A stretch of DNA of 64,000 bases, taken from NCBI RefSeq assembly GCF_009914755.1, contig NC_060939.1. The stretch is one strand, 5' to 3'. Position numbers and translations under genes: made by a program. Within the stretch, counting starts at the first letter, position 1, and each line of letters begins with the position of its first letter. The stretch comes from the human T2T-CHM13v2.0 reference genome, Homo sapiens. The notes under the pieces were generated by a model. It did no database searches and had not been told where the DNA came from. It saw only the letters and a program-made list of their open reading frames with translations. Shown here piece by piece: positions 1-22,360 of this stretch.

Positions 1-3000
1 AAAATTTCTGTGAGCTGCTCTAGAAAACTAAAGGACGAAAACTTTACTGTCATAATTCCAAGTTCAGTCAGGGATTTCTCAGAATTGAGGTGTGCAGCAT
101 CCAGATTCCCCTTTATGTGGATAGGGATCCCTGTGCCATGTCTTGCACTTACCTAAGAACTATAGGAATTCTCCATGTACCTCCTACAGTTTTTCTAGCA
201 GTGTTGGACAATGGATTCTAAAGGTTCCTGAGACTTTGTTAAATTTCTCATAATTCCAGAGGGAAGGCCAAAATATTGAGAATACTCAATGATAGGATGA
301 GTTTCCACTCTACTTCCTTATCCTCAAGGCACACACCAGAGTTCCACTGGGTGAGGACAGGGAAGTAGGATGTCCCAACACCCTCTGAGGGTTTTCATGC
401 ATTAATCCCGCCATATGGGCTGATGGTTGGAACTGCCTTTAGTTCTCTAAGTAAAGGTCTAAAAATGCACCTGTGGTTTCTGAACTTGGGTATACGCTGA
501 TACATAAGGACTACCATAGAAGTTACATGCCTTAATCCTGTAATACTTTTGTGTGGTATCATTCTGCTAATATATTGTCCACAGGGCCAAACCCCAAGTT
601 ACACAGCGCAACAGTACTTGTCAACCACTCCATCTCCTCAGTGACACAGGTGCTAAAGTACCTCTCCCCTGAGGCAAAGTCCCGACACATCTGTGGTAAG
701 TGCACATAAACAGAAATGGGCAGATTTTGAAAGTGAATGCAAACAACTTAATTCCAAAATACATAAACATGACAGAAGAAGTGGTTCTCTAACATATGCC
801 ATGTTTGATCAATATAAAGAATAAGTTTTTAAAATATAAAAGACTTTGATCTCCAAGACTAAATCTAGACTTATCTGCAAATAAGTAAATTTTCAAACAG
901 CCAGGGGAAAATGCATTTTTTTCACCGAGTCTCACTAAATCATTCTGAATTCTGGATCCTGCTTCTCGTATCACCAATTCCTAATGTTAGGAATGTAGAA
1001 CTGTCTGCTCTTGGGGAAAAAAAAAGCATCTGTTTTTAATTCAAAGCTCTGGGTATAGAAAAACTAATTATGGTTTTAGCTATCTGTGTCTGGGTTTATA
1101 AAACATGCACCAATGTACACTTTCTCCTTGTAGATTGAATGCAACTATAGAAGTATTAGCATAAAAATATGTGGCCTGGAAGGAATCTCTGAAGATACTG
1201 AAGAACCTCAAGTTCCCTACATTGCTAGGAGCCAAGGGAAGGAGACACTGTACACCTAGAGCGCTGAATTAGCAGCTGAGGTTTTAGTATTTGAAAGCAA
1301 ATAATATAAAGCGAGTAATGTCTACAGTGGGTCTCAGTTACCATTTGGCTACTTATTTAGGACTCGATTAACTTGGCAACTTTTACAAAAAACATTCACA
1401 TCACAACATGCAACTTAAAAAACAGTTAATGTAACTATGCCACTGTCAGCAAGGCCAGCTTGCATACCAGAGTTAAGAATGAGAGTGTCTGTCTGCCTAG
1501 GGCTTAACATTCAAAGATATTTATAATCTGTGTTTTAAGGTTAAATTTTATATGACCCAGTTTTCCTTCTTTGTTCACTATACACTAAAATTAAACGCCT
1601 CTACGCTGTGCAAGAAATCACTATGTGTGATTTTACTATTTCAACCAATCCATAGACCCTGAGGATTTGGCAGCAGAATTCAGGAGAAATGCTACCTAAA
1701 GTGATTGAGCTGTTGCTAATTCTACCTTCTGTTCCACTCAAGTACCTCCAGGGACTAACAAGGGAAGGCAAGGGCAACTGTGACTGACTAGGTAACCAGC
1801 TATTCTGTTGTGACAGAAGAAACCAGGTAATACTTGATTTTCAAAAGATAATTTTAACTGCTGCCCTATACTACTTTTAGTATAGTTTGGCTTGACCTTA
1901 ATAGCCATGTCCCTCATCTTAGATAGAATAACCAAATTGGTTTAAAATTACTTGATCTATGTCACTGAAACCTGAAATATGCCATCACTAAGAGAACCCC
2001 CAAATAAAAAATAAAGAACTAAAAAACACAACCAAACCAAATCAAACCAAAAACCTCATTCTCTGTATCATACTTTAAAACTAAAATAAAAATCCCTGTG
2101 TCACAGGTGCTTGCTCAGGGCTGCCAACTTCTATTTTTCACCTGAGAGACATCTAAAAGCGCAAACTATGCTTGTAAAAACCAAAAAGTAAATCTCTACA
2201 TAGGACAATACTTATAAGCAGACCTATTGATACCACTTATATATAATTAGTCTGTTTTCTTTAGAAAGTATCAGAGCAGAAACGTCTTTGGTTAATTCTT
2301 TCCTCTACATGCAAAATAAAATATTCTTAAACGATGGACTGTTTATCTCTGGATCTTGATGAGTTTGTCAATGCCATTTAGAAAAGGGGACAACACACTA
2401 GAAAAGTTGAGATAAAAATGGAAGGAACCAAGAAAGAGAGAAAACATTCAGTTGCCACATTCCCATCACTGTCAGTTCCAACTGCCAGCAGAGAAATGCC
2501 AATAAGAAATAAAATCACACACACGTACCACAGTTGTAGCTTCATCAGCTTTTCCAATGATTACTACTAGCATATTTCCGACTAAAGGGGTCAGGATTTA
2601 AAGCTAGCTACTTTTAGCACAATTTAGCTAATGCAACAGAAATATGACAATTTCTTCATTATTCCCCCGACCCCCTGCAAAAAAAGTGAGATGAAAAGAG
2701 GAAAGTAGAATGGCAATTTTTAAGAAATGTTTTAAAAATCTGTCAGACTCATCATCATCCCAGTTTATCCACTCTAACTATAAGGAGAGAACTATGTGAT
2801 TAACATGACAAATCTCTGAACCAGTATTACAAGCATGTCCCTGTAATTTTTTCCCTATTAAAATCTTTTTGAAATGAAAATTAAATAACCTATCTTGGCT
2901 TGTTAAATACTGCCCACCCTTGCATTGTACACAGGGAAGGCAAGAAGACTCTGAGGTGTCACATGCCAAGAACATAGTTTCAGAAAATGAAGATAGGCAA

Positions 3001-4926
3001 GGCCCAAGTGTACATGAGGCACACAATAGAAAAGGAATTTCGCCATCTGTGATCTCGAAATTACAAATGGAGAATGACAAAGAATGACTCTATATAAGGA
3101 TATGTCTCTCTATATATTTATAAATATTTATATAATTTACCATGAAGACATGCAAGTAGTGTTATAGCAACTATTATACAATATAATACAGAAGGACTGA
3201 TCTTCCAATATTACAGTTGCTTTAGATAAACAGCAAGTATGTCTTATCTATTGCATTCCTCTGGAGTGTTTGAAACTGGAGAGAAATTAAGATTCCACAC
3301 TATGCTACATTTCTTATAAGAGACGTTATATGCCTCAATAGTGTTTTGAGTTTGTTTTTTTAAAAAGCTCAACACAGATAAAGAGAACAAGAGAAGTTCA
3401 GTGCAGCTTCAGGGCAGCTTTGATGCAGCATTAGAAGATGTTCACTTGGGGAGGAAATGTATTCCTTTCTTTTTTTTTTGTTTCCCAATTCAACTGTATT
3501 AGGTTTGGCAGCAAACACAAGGTCAAACAGAAAGCACATATGTTTGCTAGAAGGCAAATTTCAACAGCAAGCAGACCAATTTACCTGACCTTAATAAGGT
3601 CTTTACAACACAAAACACCTAGAGAGTATAAAAACAGCCCATTTTAAAAGTCTGGTAGACTTTCATTTGCCTGATTCCTATTAGAAGAGTGAGATTAGAA
3701 CAAATATCTTCCTCTTTACAGCTTCGTAAATTGAGATTGTATGAAAATCAGGCCAAGAAGCCCAAATGTTGAACTAAAACACAGGAGAAGCAGGTAATAA
3801 AACATTAAAAAAGAAATATTTGCCTAAATTTATTTCCCCAGATATTAATTCCTTATTGGCTAAATGTATAAAATACAAAGTTTGAGGATTCTAAGCCTCA
3901 ATAATATATCTAATTTATTTCTAAATCTCAAATCACAGTCCAAAGCATTGTGCTTCCCTCGTATCATCTTGGATGCTGATATTACAAACAGTTGGAACCC
4001 AGAAGACTTAAGGAAGCAGTCTACTCTGGTCAGTTTTCCTTCTACTCAAGTTTCTAAAGGAGGACACTTAACAGAGATGAAAGGGCATCTTCTATCTTGA
4101 AGGCTATTAACCCACACTTTCTTTCTCTCCCTAAACACTAAAGCCTGCAAAATAGCTCTAGTTAGACTTTTCTTTCCTTTACCTAACTTTCTTATTTTTC
4201 ATAATAAAAATGTAATATGTTAAGAACTCTTGCTCTAAAAAAAAAAAATCAGGGGGACCTAAAAAAAAGTAATTGGATTTGATAGTACAACTAGGACCAT
4301 AAAATAAAAGCAGAGAGATTGAATCAGACGAGACATACAAAATTTTAAAAAAAAATCTGAACTCCAGGGAGGGTACTAGGAATGAGGCAAAGTAAAGGTG
4401 TTCATTCTCAATACACGAAATAAACACACAAGCCAAATATACATGAATACTGGCTCCCTGGCAACAGACTTCTTATATAATCTAATATCTGATCAATGAC
4501 TCTTCAGGGTGGGAAAGTTTTGAATGAAAATATCAAACAAGAAGTTTCACTTTTGCTATATAATCTTTGAATTGAGGCTTAAAAAAATTAGGCAACCCCC
4601 CTAAAATTCCATTCTATCTCCTATCCTCAACTCTTTTGTTTCAAAGGCAGCTTAAAAAATGAGAGCTCATTTTAATGAGTTTCTCCCCCTTGGATTTTTG
4701 CTCTATTTTTCCTTCTTGTACAAAGACATTGATTCCTAATCTACTTGCTGCCTGCCTTAGGTAATTCCTTATCATGTATTATGTCTTCTTATAAATAATT
4801 GATCATGTTACTTTCTTTTGCAAGAGAAGATCAACACTGATTTTTTTACATAGAAAGTACAGGGACACACATGCATCAGGTTTAGGAGGAAGATCTCACA
4901 CCTTTCAAAGAGATGCAGCCTGGCTC
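1..4926 (-). other. TTBK2: TTBK2 3' UTR (long, AT-rich, no Alu; may extend beyond the window)
   Basis: Directly follows the stop codon. Alu-free over 4.9 kb, unlike the introns. The true end cannot be determined from sequence. Confidence 0.7.
3829..3919 (-). terminator. Two AATAAA hexamers (3919-3914, 3834-3829): candidate proximal poly(A) signals
   Basis: TTTATT on the + strand ~1 kb after the stop. U-rich sequence follows on the minus strand. Confidence 0.4.
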
Positions 4927-5430
<504 letters not shown>

Positions 5431-5516
5431 TCAAGTGTGCCTAAAAAGTCACAATGTCCCAAAATCATAATGTGAATGTGTAGAAATCAGAAAATAGACT
5501 AACAGGATACAGGGTT

Positions 5517-5610
5517 ACTCTGTCATATACTAGTTGTATGACCCTGGACAAATTCTTCAATCTCTCCCTGCTTTCAATGGGAATACTGTCTATCTCACAG
5601 GGTCACTGAA
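5517..5610 (+). mobile_element. MIR fragment
   Basis: actagttgtatgaccctggacaaattcttcaatctctc resembles the MIR core. Confidence 0.5.
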
Positions 5611-6095
5611 CAGACCAAGGGCAGTGACCCAAGTACGTAGATGAACATCTGCCATGAAGAAGCCCTTAAATGGTATTCGTTCCCTTCCTCCTATGCCATG
5701 TTTATTCTGCTAATTTTCAGATGAATTTAACTAGCATGTTAAATTGTCTCTAGCATGTTAGCACATAAGACAGAGAGTAAACCATACTGTGTAAGGATGT
5801 TAGGACAGGAATCCTACAAACACGAAATCCCACAATGTAAGTGTTTTTTTTTTTAATTTTCTTTTTTCTGCCAAGGATCTGTCACCCCTAAGTCTTCAAC
5901 ATGAACTACACTCAGCAACAGGAGGAACTACAGATAAATGTACATTCAACTCATTTAATAATTTACAAGAGAAAAGAGTAGTCATTGGTTTCTGTGGACC
6001 TCAGTTTCTATTCCTGTCAATAGTCTGGGATTAAGGAGGGTGGAGGCTGGAACTGACTGCCCACTCCATACTGGCAACTGAGCTTGGGCCTCAGA

Positions 6096-6400
<305 letters not shown>

Positions 6401-6529
6401 CTTGGGCCTCAGAATTCTTAGAGTATTCATATGAATAGCAAATGTCTTCTTTGTCCTAAATGTCTTTCTGGTTTGGCCTAAGAATCAAAGAAAATGGAAC
6501 ATATAAAAGTGTTTTTATAAACTACAAAG

Positions 6530-6817
6530 CAGTGGTCCCCAACCTTTTTAGCACCAAGGAGCAGTTTCGTGGAAGACAATTTTTCCACGATGGGGGGAGG
6601 AGGGGCAAGGATGGTTTCAGGATGAAAGTGTTCCACCCCAGATCATCAGGCATTAATTAGATTCTCATAAGGAGCGTACAACCTAGATCTCTCCCATGTG
6701 CAGTTCACAACAGGGTTCACGCTCCTATGGGAATCTGATGCCACTGCTGATCTGATAGGAGGCGGAGCTCAGGCGGTAATGCCTCCTGCCGTGCAGCCCT
6801 GGGGTGGGGAGGGCCTG
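6530..6817 (+). mobile_element. MER1B-like hAT-Charlie MITE
   Basis: cagtggtccccaacctttt start. 8-bp TSD CTA[C/T]AAAG (6522-6529, 6818-6825). Confidence 0.85.
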
Positions 6818-6839
6818 CTATAAAGCAGTCTACAATATA

Positions 6840-7290
6840 TTTTAGTGGCAATGCCAAATTACGTAGTGAGAAGGACCCTAGGGCCCCTCTAATAATAAAA
6901 CTATGGTAATGGAAAGTGTACAGCAAAGGAACAGACAAATGAATGGAACAGAGCATTGAATCCAAAAAGATCCCCATGTTTCTATGGGAAATGAGTATTG
7001 CAATATCACTAACTACTTGGAAAAAAACTTCACATCATATATAATGATACACTTTAGATCGATAGTAAATTTATACACAAAGCACAAAACTATAAGGGTA
7101 CTGGAAATTACTACCTTTTAAAAAATATTAGGGTTGAAGGACCTTCCTATGCATGATATAAAACACAATTAATAAAAAATGTTCAGTTCCATGAACACTA
7201 AACTTTTCTATCAAACCAAAGGCACTACAACCCAAGTTAAAATTCAGACTAGGATAAAATATCTTCAATATAATTTGCAGAGAAGGGGGT
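6840..7290 (+). mobile_element. Degraded old L1 ORF2 fragment
   Basis: A-rich sequence with L1 ORF2-like motifs (gacaaatgaatggaacagagcattgaatcca). Confidence 0.5.
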
Positions 7291-7296
7291 TAGTTA

Positions 7297-7845
<549 letters not shown>

Positions 7846-8377
7846 TGGAAAGCACTCTTCACTGGTTTACCACCTCCCAATATTTTCCCCTCTTCCTCAA
7901 AATATAAACATTCTGTGGTCAAATATATCAAGATAATATTTAAATAAAAAGTATAGCATGCAGTATATACTAAAGCAGTATCTTTACTATGTATGGTTGT
8001 ATATACCATCAGACCTAGGGAAATCTATAGGATTTTTTTGGTTTAATTCATTATAATCAAGATAAACAGCACTGTTACCAGGGTCCATTTATCAAATCAT
8101 GGACAACGTATTCTTCACTAGCATTTGACATCATAATGGCATTATGGGACATAATGGGATTCTGACTGAACAAAGCTAGAAAATTGCTGATCATCAAAAT
8201 GCAACTGGAGACAGACATAATCTTTATTACATGCTAAGCAATGTACCAACTCCTAGATGATTGTGGCTTTGTTTCATTCTCCCAAAACTATTAAGCAAAT
8301 ATTTTGCCCACTCCGTAGATGAGGAAATGGAGGTTCTTACTGCTAGAAAGTGGGAGAGCCAAAAATTAACCTGGATC

Positions 8378-10945
<2,568 letters not shown>

Positions 10946-11104
10946 CTGATTACTTCTACTGCACTAGGCTGTAAGGCCTGGGAAAGGCAGGAAAGAAAGA
11001 TACTGAGAAGGGGGCAACACAGAAATGTTGCCATTGGTGGACTACAATAAAGCAGATATAGAAATGGTGTTACACACTTAACACAGGGAGAGCACACAGC
11101 ATTA

Positions 11105-12400
<1,296 letters not shown>

Positions 12401-12569
12401 TTAAAATGCAATTATGTAAAATATCAACAAAGATGCATGCTTTGAGATTTAACATCTCCAATTCTAATTTATAGGAAGAACACAGATGTTGACCAGGTCT
12501 GCCCAACTTATAAGAAAAATGAACAATTCTGAATAACAATGATTGACACTCAAGCTACCCTACTCAGAA

Positions 12570-13049
12570 ACTGTGCAGAACAGTCTCTCCCTGTAGGTTT
12601 ATCCCTGCCCCTTCTTTGGTGTGCTGTATGCCCTGGAAGACTAATTTCTATAGACTGCACCACCTGGGTTTCCTGGCTTTCTGATTTGTGGTTAGATCTG
12701 CTCAATGGATGGCACCAACAGGCAATCAGAGGGTTAGAGGAAAGAGGGGGCTGGGTAATGATTCTCCTTGCTTCCCCACTGAGGACTGTGGCACTAGTGA
12801 CAGCTACATTCCACTATCCTGGCCACAGCTCCCTTCTTATGGCCTCTCTCTCAGCTACTACCCTCGCCAAGTTCTGCGAACACCCACTTCTACTCCCCTT
12901 TCAGGACTCATGGTAGGAATGGCTCCCTCTGTTACTGGTCCCACTGGCTCTCTTAACTCTGCCCATACATCTGTAAAAAATTCCTTACATTAAATTCTCT
13001 CCAAGTCCCTTTGAGTATGCCATCTATTTTCTGCCAGAATCCAGATACA
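12570..13049 (+). mobile_element. Old ERVL LTR (LTR33-like)
   Basis: 3' end ttaaattctctcc..tttgagtatgccatctattttctgcc..gataca is typical of this family. Confidence 0.55.
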
Positions 13050-13212
13050 GGATTACAGGAAAAAATTATTGGCAAATAATTGTTCATTGAAAAACTCCAA
13101 ATTTGCATGCATTTTGTTGTTTTCCATAAATTCTATTAAATACTAGGATTATATCTTCCTACAAGTAAAGACATACAAAGGTATTTACTAATGTTTCATG
13201 ATTTCTCTAATG

Positions 13213-14190
<978 letters not shown>

Positions 14191-15046
14191 CTACCCCCCT
14201 TCCACTGAGGTAATTTTAATTCTATATGAATAAGATTCAATATCTAATAAGAATGTCCTTCCTTAAGATACCTAAAGTTTTTATTATTTTCACGTCACCT
14301 AAAGTGACATGTAAGTAGGCTGAAAATAACTATATAAACTAATAAAGAAAAACAGTCTTTTTGAGAAATCAAGTAAGTTCAAATCACTTAATGAGACCCA
14401 TTAAGTTCTAGGAAAACTACAGAAATTGGTCTGAATACAATGCAAAATGAATTTGGATTAGTCATAGGAGATTTAGTTTAGAGTCGATCTCTAGTCCAAA
14501 GACACCAAGAAACCATGTGGTTCCAGGGTCAGCTAAGATGTTCAGATCTATTTCACTTTGTGTCAGGAATACTATTAGTTGGACATGGATCTGTAAAGCT
14601 CATTGACATGTAAAGCTTGTCCTAAGTCCAGCCCAGGAAAAAAAACACCTAACTAATGTCCTGGAATAGCTCCCAAATGCAACCACGGTCCTGAGGATCT
14701 TTCAGGCTAATCCAAGACAGGCAATTTGGGTTTAGAGCTAAACTCTTAGAATAAGCACAAATCTAAAATGACCTTGGGAAAAAGCATTAGGTTCTATTGG
14801 TACTGTTTTCCTTCAGGAAGTTATCTCATATTTCTGTTTTAATTATTCTAAAATATATTTAGACAGATGGCAATTTTCTAGTATATTTTGAAAGTGATGT
14901 TGAAATCTAAAATTTATAGTAATTCACTTTTCAAAATTTACTTCTTAGTAAATGCACCCAAAAGTGACCATGATAAGAAAAGCAAGTGTAAGAAATTATA
15001 TTAAATGTCAAATACCAAGGGAGATGATAACCTATATTCAAAATCG

Positions 15047-17954
<2,908 letters not shown>

Positions 17955-20472
17955 CTACAATCCTTACTACAAGAGAAACCAACAGTCCTAGCGAGCCTGG
18001 AGCCTGGAGCCTAGTTTGGAGAGCTGCTAAAAATTCACACAGCTGCTTTGCTCCAGATTAGGAGAACAAGGTAAGCATTCCCACCCACCCATGAGCCAAG
18101 CTGCCACAGCTTAGTGCCACCCTAAGGCCAGAGCCACTTCTGGAGTGTACCCTGTTCTGGGGGCCAGAAGCCACTGCACCTGTCCAGCCCTTGGACTCCA
18201 TCTTCATTCCCTCAAGCTCACACAGGTGGCTGGTGGCTACAATGTCATGACCCTGACTGCTTGGAGCCTGGGCTCAGGATCAGCTGTGATTTGAGTCCTG
18301 CACAGCAGGAAAACTAACCCCTGCCATGCACACTTCCAGGTAGAGAAACAGTCTGGCAGTCCCACACAGGGCAGACACACCCTTGAGCAGGAAAGGCTTC
18401 CAAACCCCTGAGGAGCTGACCCACCTTCAGGTCAGTGTATTTGCCAGCACTCAGGGACAGCTGGCTCAGGCCAGCTCCTGGCAGATACACCCCCAGGCCA
18501 GCTGAGCGGCTGCATACCTGCGCCTTGGACCTGAGAAACAGCCTGCTGAGCCTGCCCCTGGCAGGTGTGCCTCCCAGCCCAGCCCAGCAGCCATGAGCCC
18601 ATGTCCCTGGCCAGAGTAACAGCACTGTGGCCCCAACCCCAGTGAGCCAGACTCCAAACTGGCTGACCCACTTGTCTGCACATGCAGACCCTGACCTGAG
18701 AAGCAGCCTGGTGAGACCATACCCAGAAAAACCATGCCAACACTGCCACAAACTCTCACCTTAGGCCACAGAGACACTTGCAAACATCACCAGCATGGGT
18801 TACAGCTGAAGAAATTGCATGAAGACTACATTATTGCATCCACCTAGCATCAAAGCAAAGGCACCACACCCAACTGATACCCCAAGACCCAAGTATTTCC
18901 CTGTGAAATCTACTCCATAAAATTTGGAGAGTCAACTGTTCTACCAGATGCATAGAAATCAACATAGGGACACATCAAACATGAAAAAGCAAGGAAATAT
19001 GACAACACCCAAGGAATGATAATTCTCCAGTAAAAGACCCCAATCATAAGGAATTATACAAAATCCCAGAAAAAAATCTAAATAATAATTTTAAAGAAAC
19101 TCAGTGACATATAAGAGAATAAAGATAGACAATTCAGTTAAATCAGAAAAACAATTCATGATTTCAATGAGAAATTCAACAGAAATAGATATCATAAAAA
19201 AGAACCAAAGGAATCTTAGCACTAAAGAATTAAATGGGCCGGGTGTGGTGGCTCACGCCTATAATACCAGCACTTTAGGAGGCCAAGGTGGGCAGATAAC
19301 TTGAGGTCAGGAGTTTGAGACCAGCCTGGCCAACATGGTGAAACCCTGTCTCTACTAAAAATACAAAAATTAGCCAGGTGTGGTGGTGGGCACCTGTAAT
19401 CCCAGCTACTCAGGAGGCTGAGGCAGAAGAATTGCTTGAACCAGGAGGCAGAGGTTGCAGTGAGCTGAGATCATGCCACTGCACTCCAGCCTGGGTGGCA
19501 GAGTGAGACTCCATCTCAAAAAAAAAAAAAAAAAACAAAAAAAGAATTCAATGAATGAAATAAAAAATACAATTGAGAGCTTCAACAACAGACTAGACCA
19601 GGCAGAATTTCTGAATTGGAAGACAGGTCTTTTGAATAACTCAGGCAGACAAAAATAAAATTTTTTAATGAAGAAAACCTACAGGATCTACTAGATTTTC
19701 TGTATTTTATTTGTTTGCTTAACAAATAAAATAACTAGGAATAAATTTAACCAAAGAAGTGAAAGATCTCTACAAGTAAAACCAGAAAATACTAATGAAA
19801 GAAACTGAAGAGAACATACAATAAAATGGAAAGGTATCTCATGCTCTTGTATTGGAAGAATTAATATTGCTAAATTAATAGTGTTTAAATGCCTATAGTA
19901 TCTGAAGTGCTACAGATTCAATGCAATCCCTATCAAAATACCAATGACATTTTTTGCAGAAATAGAAAAACAATCCGACCCCAAATATCTAAAGCAATCC
20001 TAAGCAAAAATACAAAAGAAAACAAAACAAAAGTTGGAGGTATAACACTACCTAATTTCAAATTATACTACAAAGCTATAGTAACCAAAACAGCATGGTA
20101 CTGGCATAAAAACAGACACATAGACCAACAGAACAGATCAGAGAATCCAGAAATAGATCCATTTATCTACAGCCAACTGAGTTTGACAAAGGCACCACAG
20201 CATTCACTGGGGAAAGAACAGTCTCTTCAATAAATGATGCTGGGAAAACTGGATATCCACATGCAGAACAATGAAACTAGACCCCCATCTCTCACCTTAT
20301 ATAAAAATCAGCTCAAAATGGATTAAAGACCTAAATGCAAGGCCTGAAACTACAAAACTACTAGAAGAAAACATAGGGTAAATGTTTCAGAACACTGGTC
20401 TAGGAAAATACTTTATGAATAAGACCTCAAAAGCACAGGCAACAAAAAAATAAACTGGATTATATCAAACTA

Positions 20473-20667
20473 AAAACCTTCTTCACAGCAAAGGAAACAG
20501 TCAATAGAGTGAAAAGATAACCTACAAAATGGGAGAAAATATCTACAAACTATTCATCTAATGGGATGATAGCAAAGGAAAACCTTCTTCACAGCAAAGG
20601 AAACAGTCAATAGAGTGAAAAGATAACCTACAAAATGGAAGAAAATATCTACAAACTATTCATCTAA
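20473..20667 (+). repeat. 89-bp direct duplication (20473-20561 and 20579-20667), one mismatch
   Basis: Manual alignment. Confidence 0.93.
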
Positions 20668-20982
20668 CAGGATTAATATCCAGAATATTTAAGAAACTCA
20701 AACATCTCAACAGCCAAAAAAAAAAAAAAAGGAAAGAAAAACATCTCATTAGAAAATGGGCAAATGGTCTACACAGACATTTCTCAAAAGAAGATATAGA
20801 AATGGCCAACAAATACATGAAAACATGTTCAGTATCACTAGTCATCAGGGAAATGCAAATAAAAACCACAATGAGATATTGTATCACCCCAGTAAAAATG
20901 GCTATCATCAAAAAGACAAAAAAATAACAAATGCTGGCAAGGATGCAGAGAAAAGAGAACTCTCAAATACAGTGTTTGTGGG

Positions 20983-21336
20983 TGTAACGGTTTGGCTGTG
21001 TCCCCACCCAAATCTCATCTTGAATTCCCACATGTTGTGGGAGGGACCCAGTGGGAGGTAACTGAATCATGGGGGCAGGTCTTTCTCATGCTGTTCTCGT
21101 GATAGTGAGTAAGTCTCATGAGATCTGATGGTTATTATAAGGGGGAGTTTTCCTGCACAAGCTCTCTTTGCCTGCTGCCATCCATGTAAGATGTGACTTG
21201 CTCCTCCTTGCCTTCCACCATGATTGTGAGGCCTCCCCAGCCATGTGGAACTGTAAGTCCAATTAAACCTCTTTCTTTTGTAAATTGCTCAGTCTTGGGT
21301 ATGTCTTTATCAGCAGTATGAGAACAGAGTAATACA
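20983..21336 (+). mobile_element. THE1 (MaLR) solo LTR
   Basis: TG..CA ends, ggtttggctgtgtccccacccaaatctc start, 5-bp TSD GTGGG (20978-20982, 21337-21341). Confidence 0.92.
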
Positions 21337-22217
21337 GTGGGAATGTAAACTAGTACAGTTACTACTATGGAGAAAAGTATGTAGGTTCCTCAAAAAACTA
21401 CAAATAGAACTACCATACAATTCAGCAATCCCACTACTGGGAAGATCAGTATATTGAAGAGATATCTGCACACTCACGTTTACTGCATCACTGTTCACAA
21501 TAGCCAAGATATGGAATCAACCCAAGTGTACAACAACAGATGAGTGGATAAAGAAAATGTGGTATAGCGGCCGGGCACGGTGGCTCATGCCTGTAATCCC
21601 AGAACTTTGAAAGGCCAAGGCAGGTGGATCACCTGAGGTCAGAGTTCGAGACCAGCCTGGCCAACATGGTGAAACCCAGTCTCCACAAAAAATACAAAAA
21701 TTAGCCAGGCATGGTGGCATGTGCCTGTAGTCCCAGCTACTCAGGAGGCTGAGGCAGGAGCATTGCTTGAACCCGGGAGGTGGTGGCTGCACTGAGCCAA
21801 GATCACCACCACTGTACTCCAGCCTGGGTGACAGAGTGAGATGCTGTCTCAAAAAATAAATAAATAAATAAATAAAAGAAAATGTGGTATAAACAAACAA
21901 TGGAATACTATTCAGCCATAAAAAATAAAATCCTGTCATTCATGGCAACATGGATGGCACTGGAGGCTGTTATGTTAAATGAAATAAGCCAGGCAAAGAA
22001 AGACAAATACCGCATGTTCTCACTAATATATGAGGAAGCTAAAAAAAAGTTGATTTTACGTAAGTAAAAAGTAGAAGAGAGGTTATTAGAGGCTGGAAAG
22101 AGTAGCGGGAACGGGGAGATAGGGAAAGATTTGTTAAAGGATACAAAATTACAGCTAGAGAGAAGGAATAACTTCTAGTGTTCCATAGCACTATAGGATG
22201 ATTACAGTTAACAATTT

Positions 22218-22276
22218 TATATATATATATATATACGTATATATATATATACACATATATATACATATATACATAC

Positions 22277-22359
<83 letters not shown>
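22218..22359. repeat. Interrupted (TA)n ~110 bp plus poly-T ~30 bp (Alu-tail derived)
   Basis: Read directly. Confidence 0.95.
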
Positions 22360-22360
<1 letters not shown>

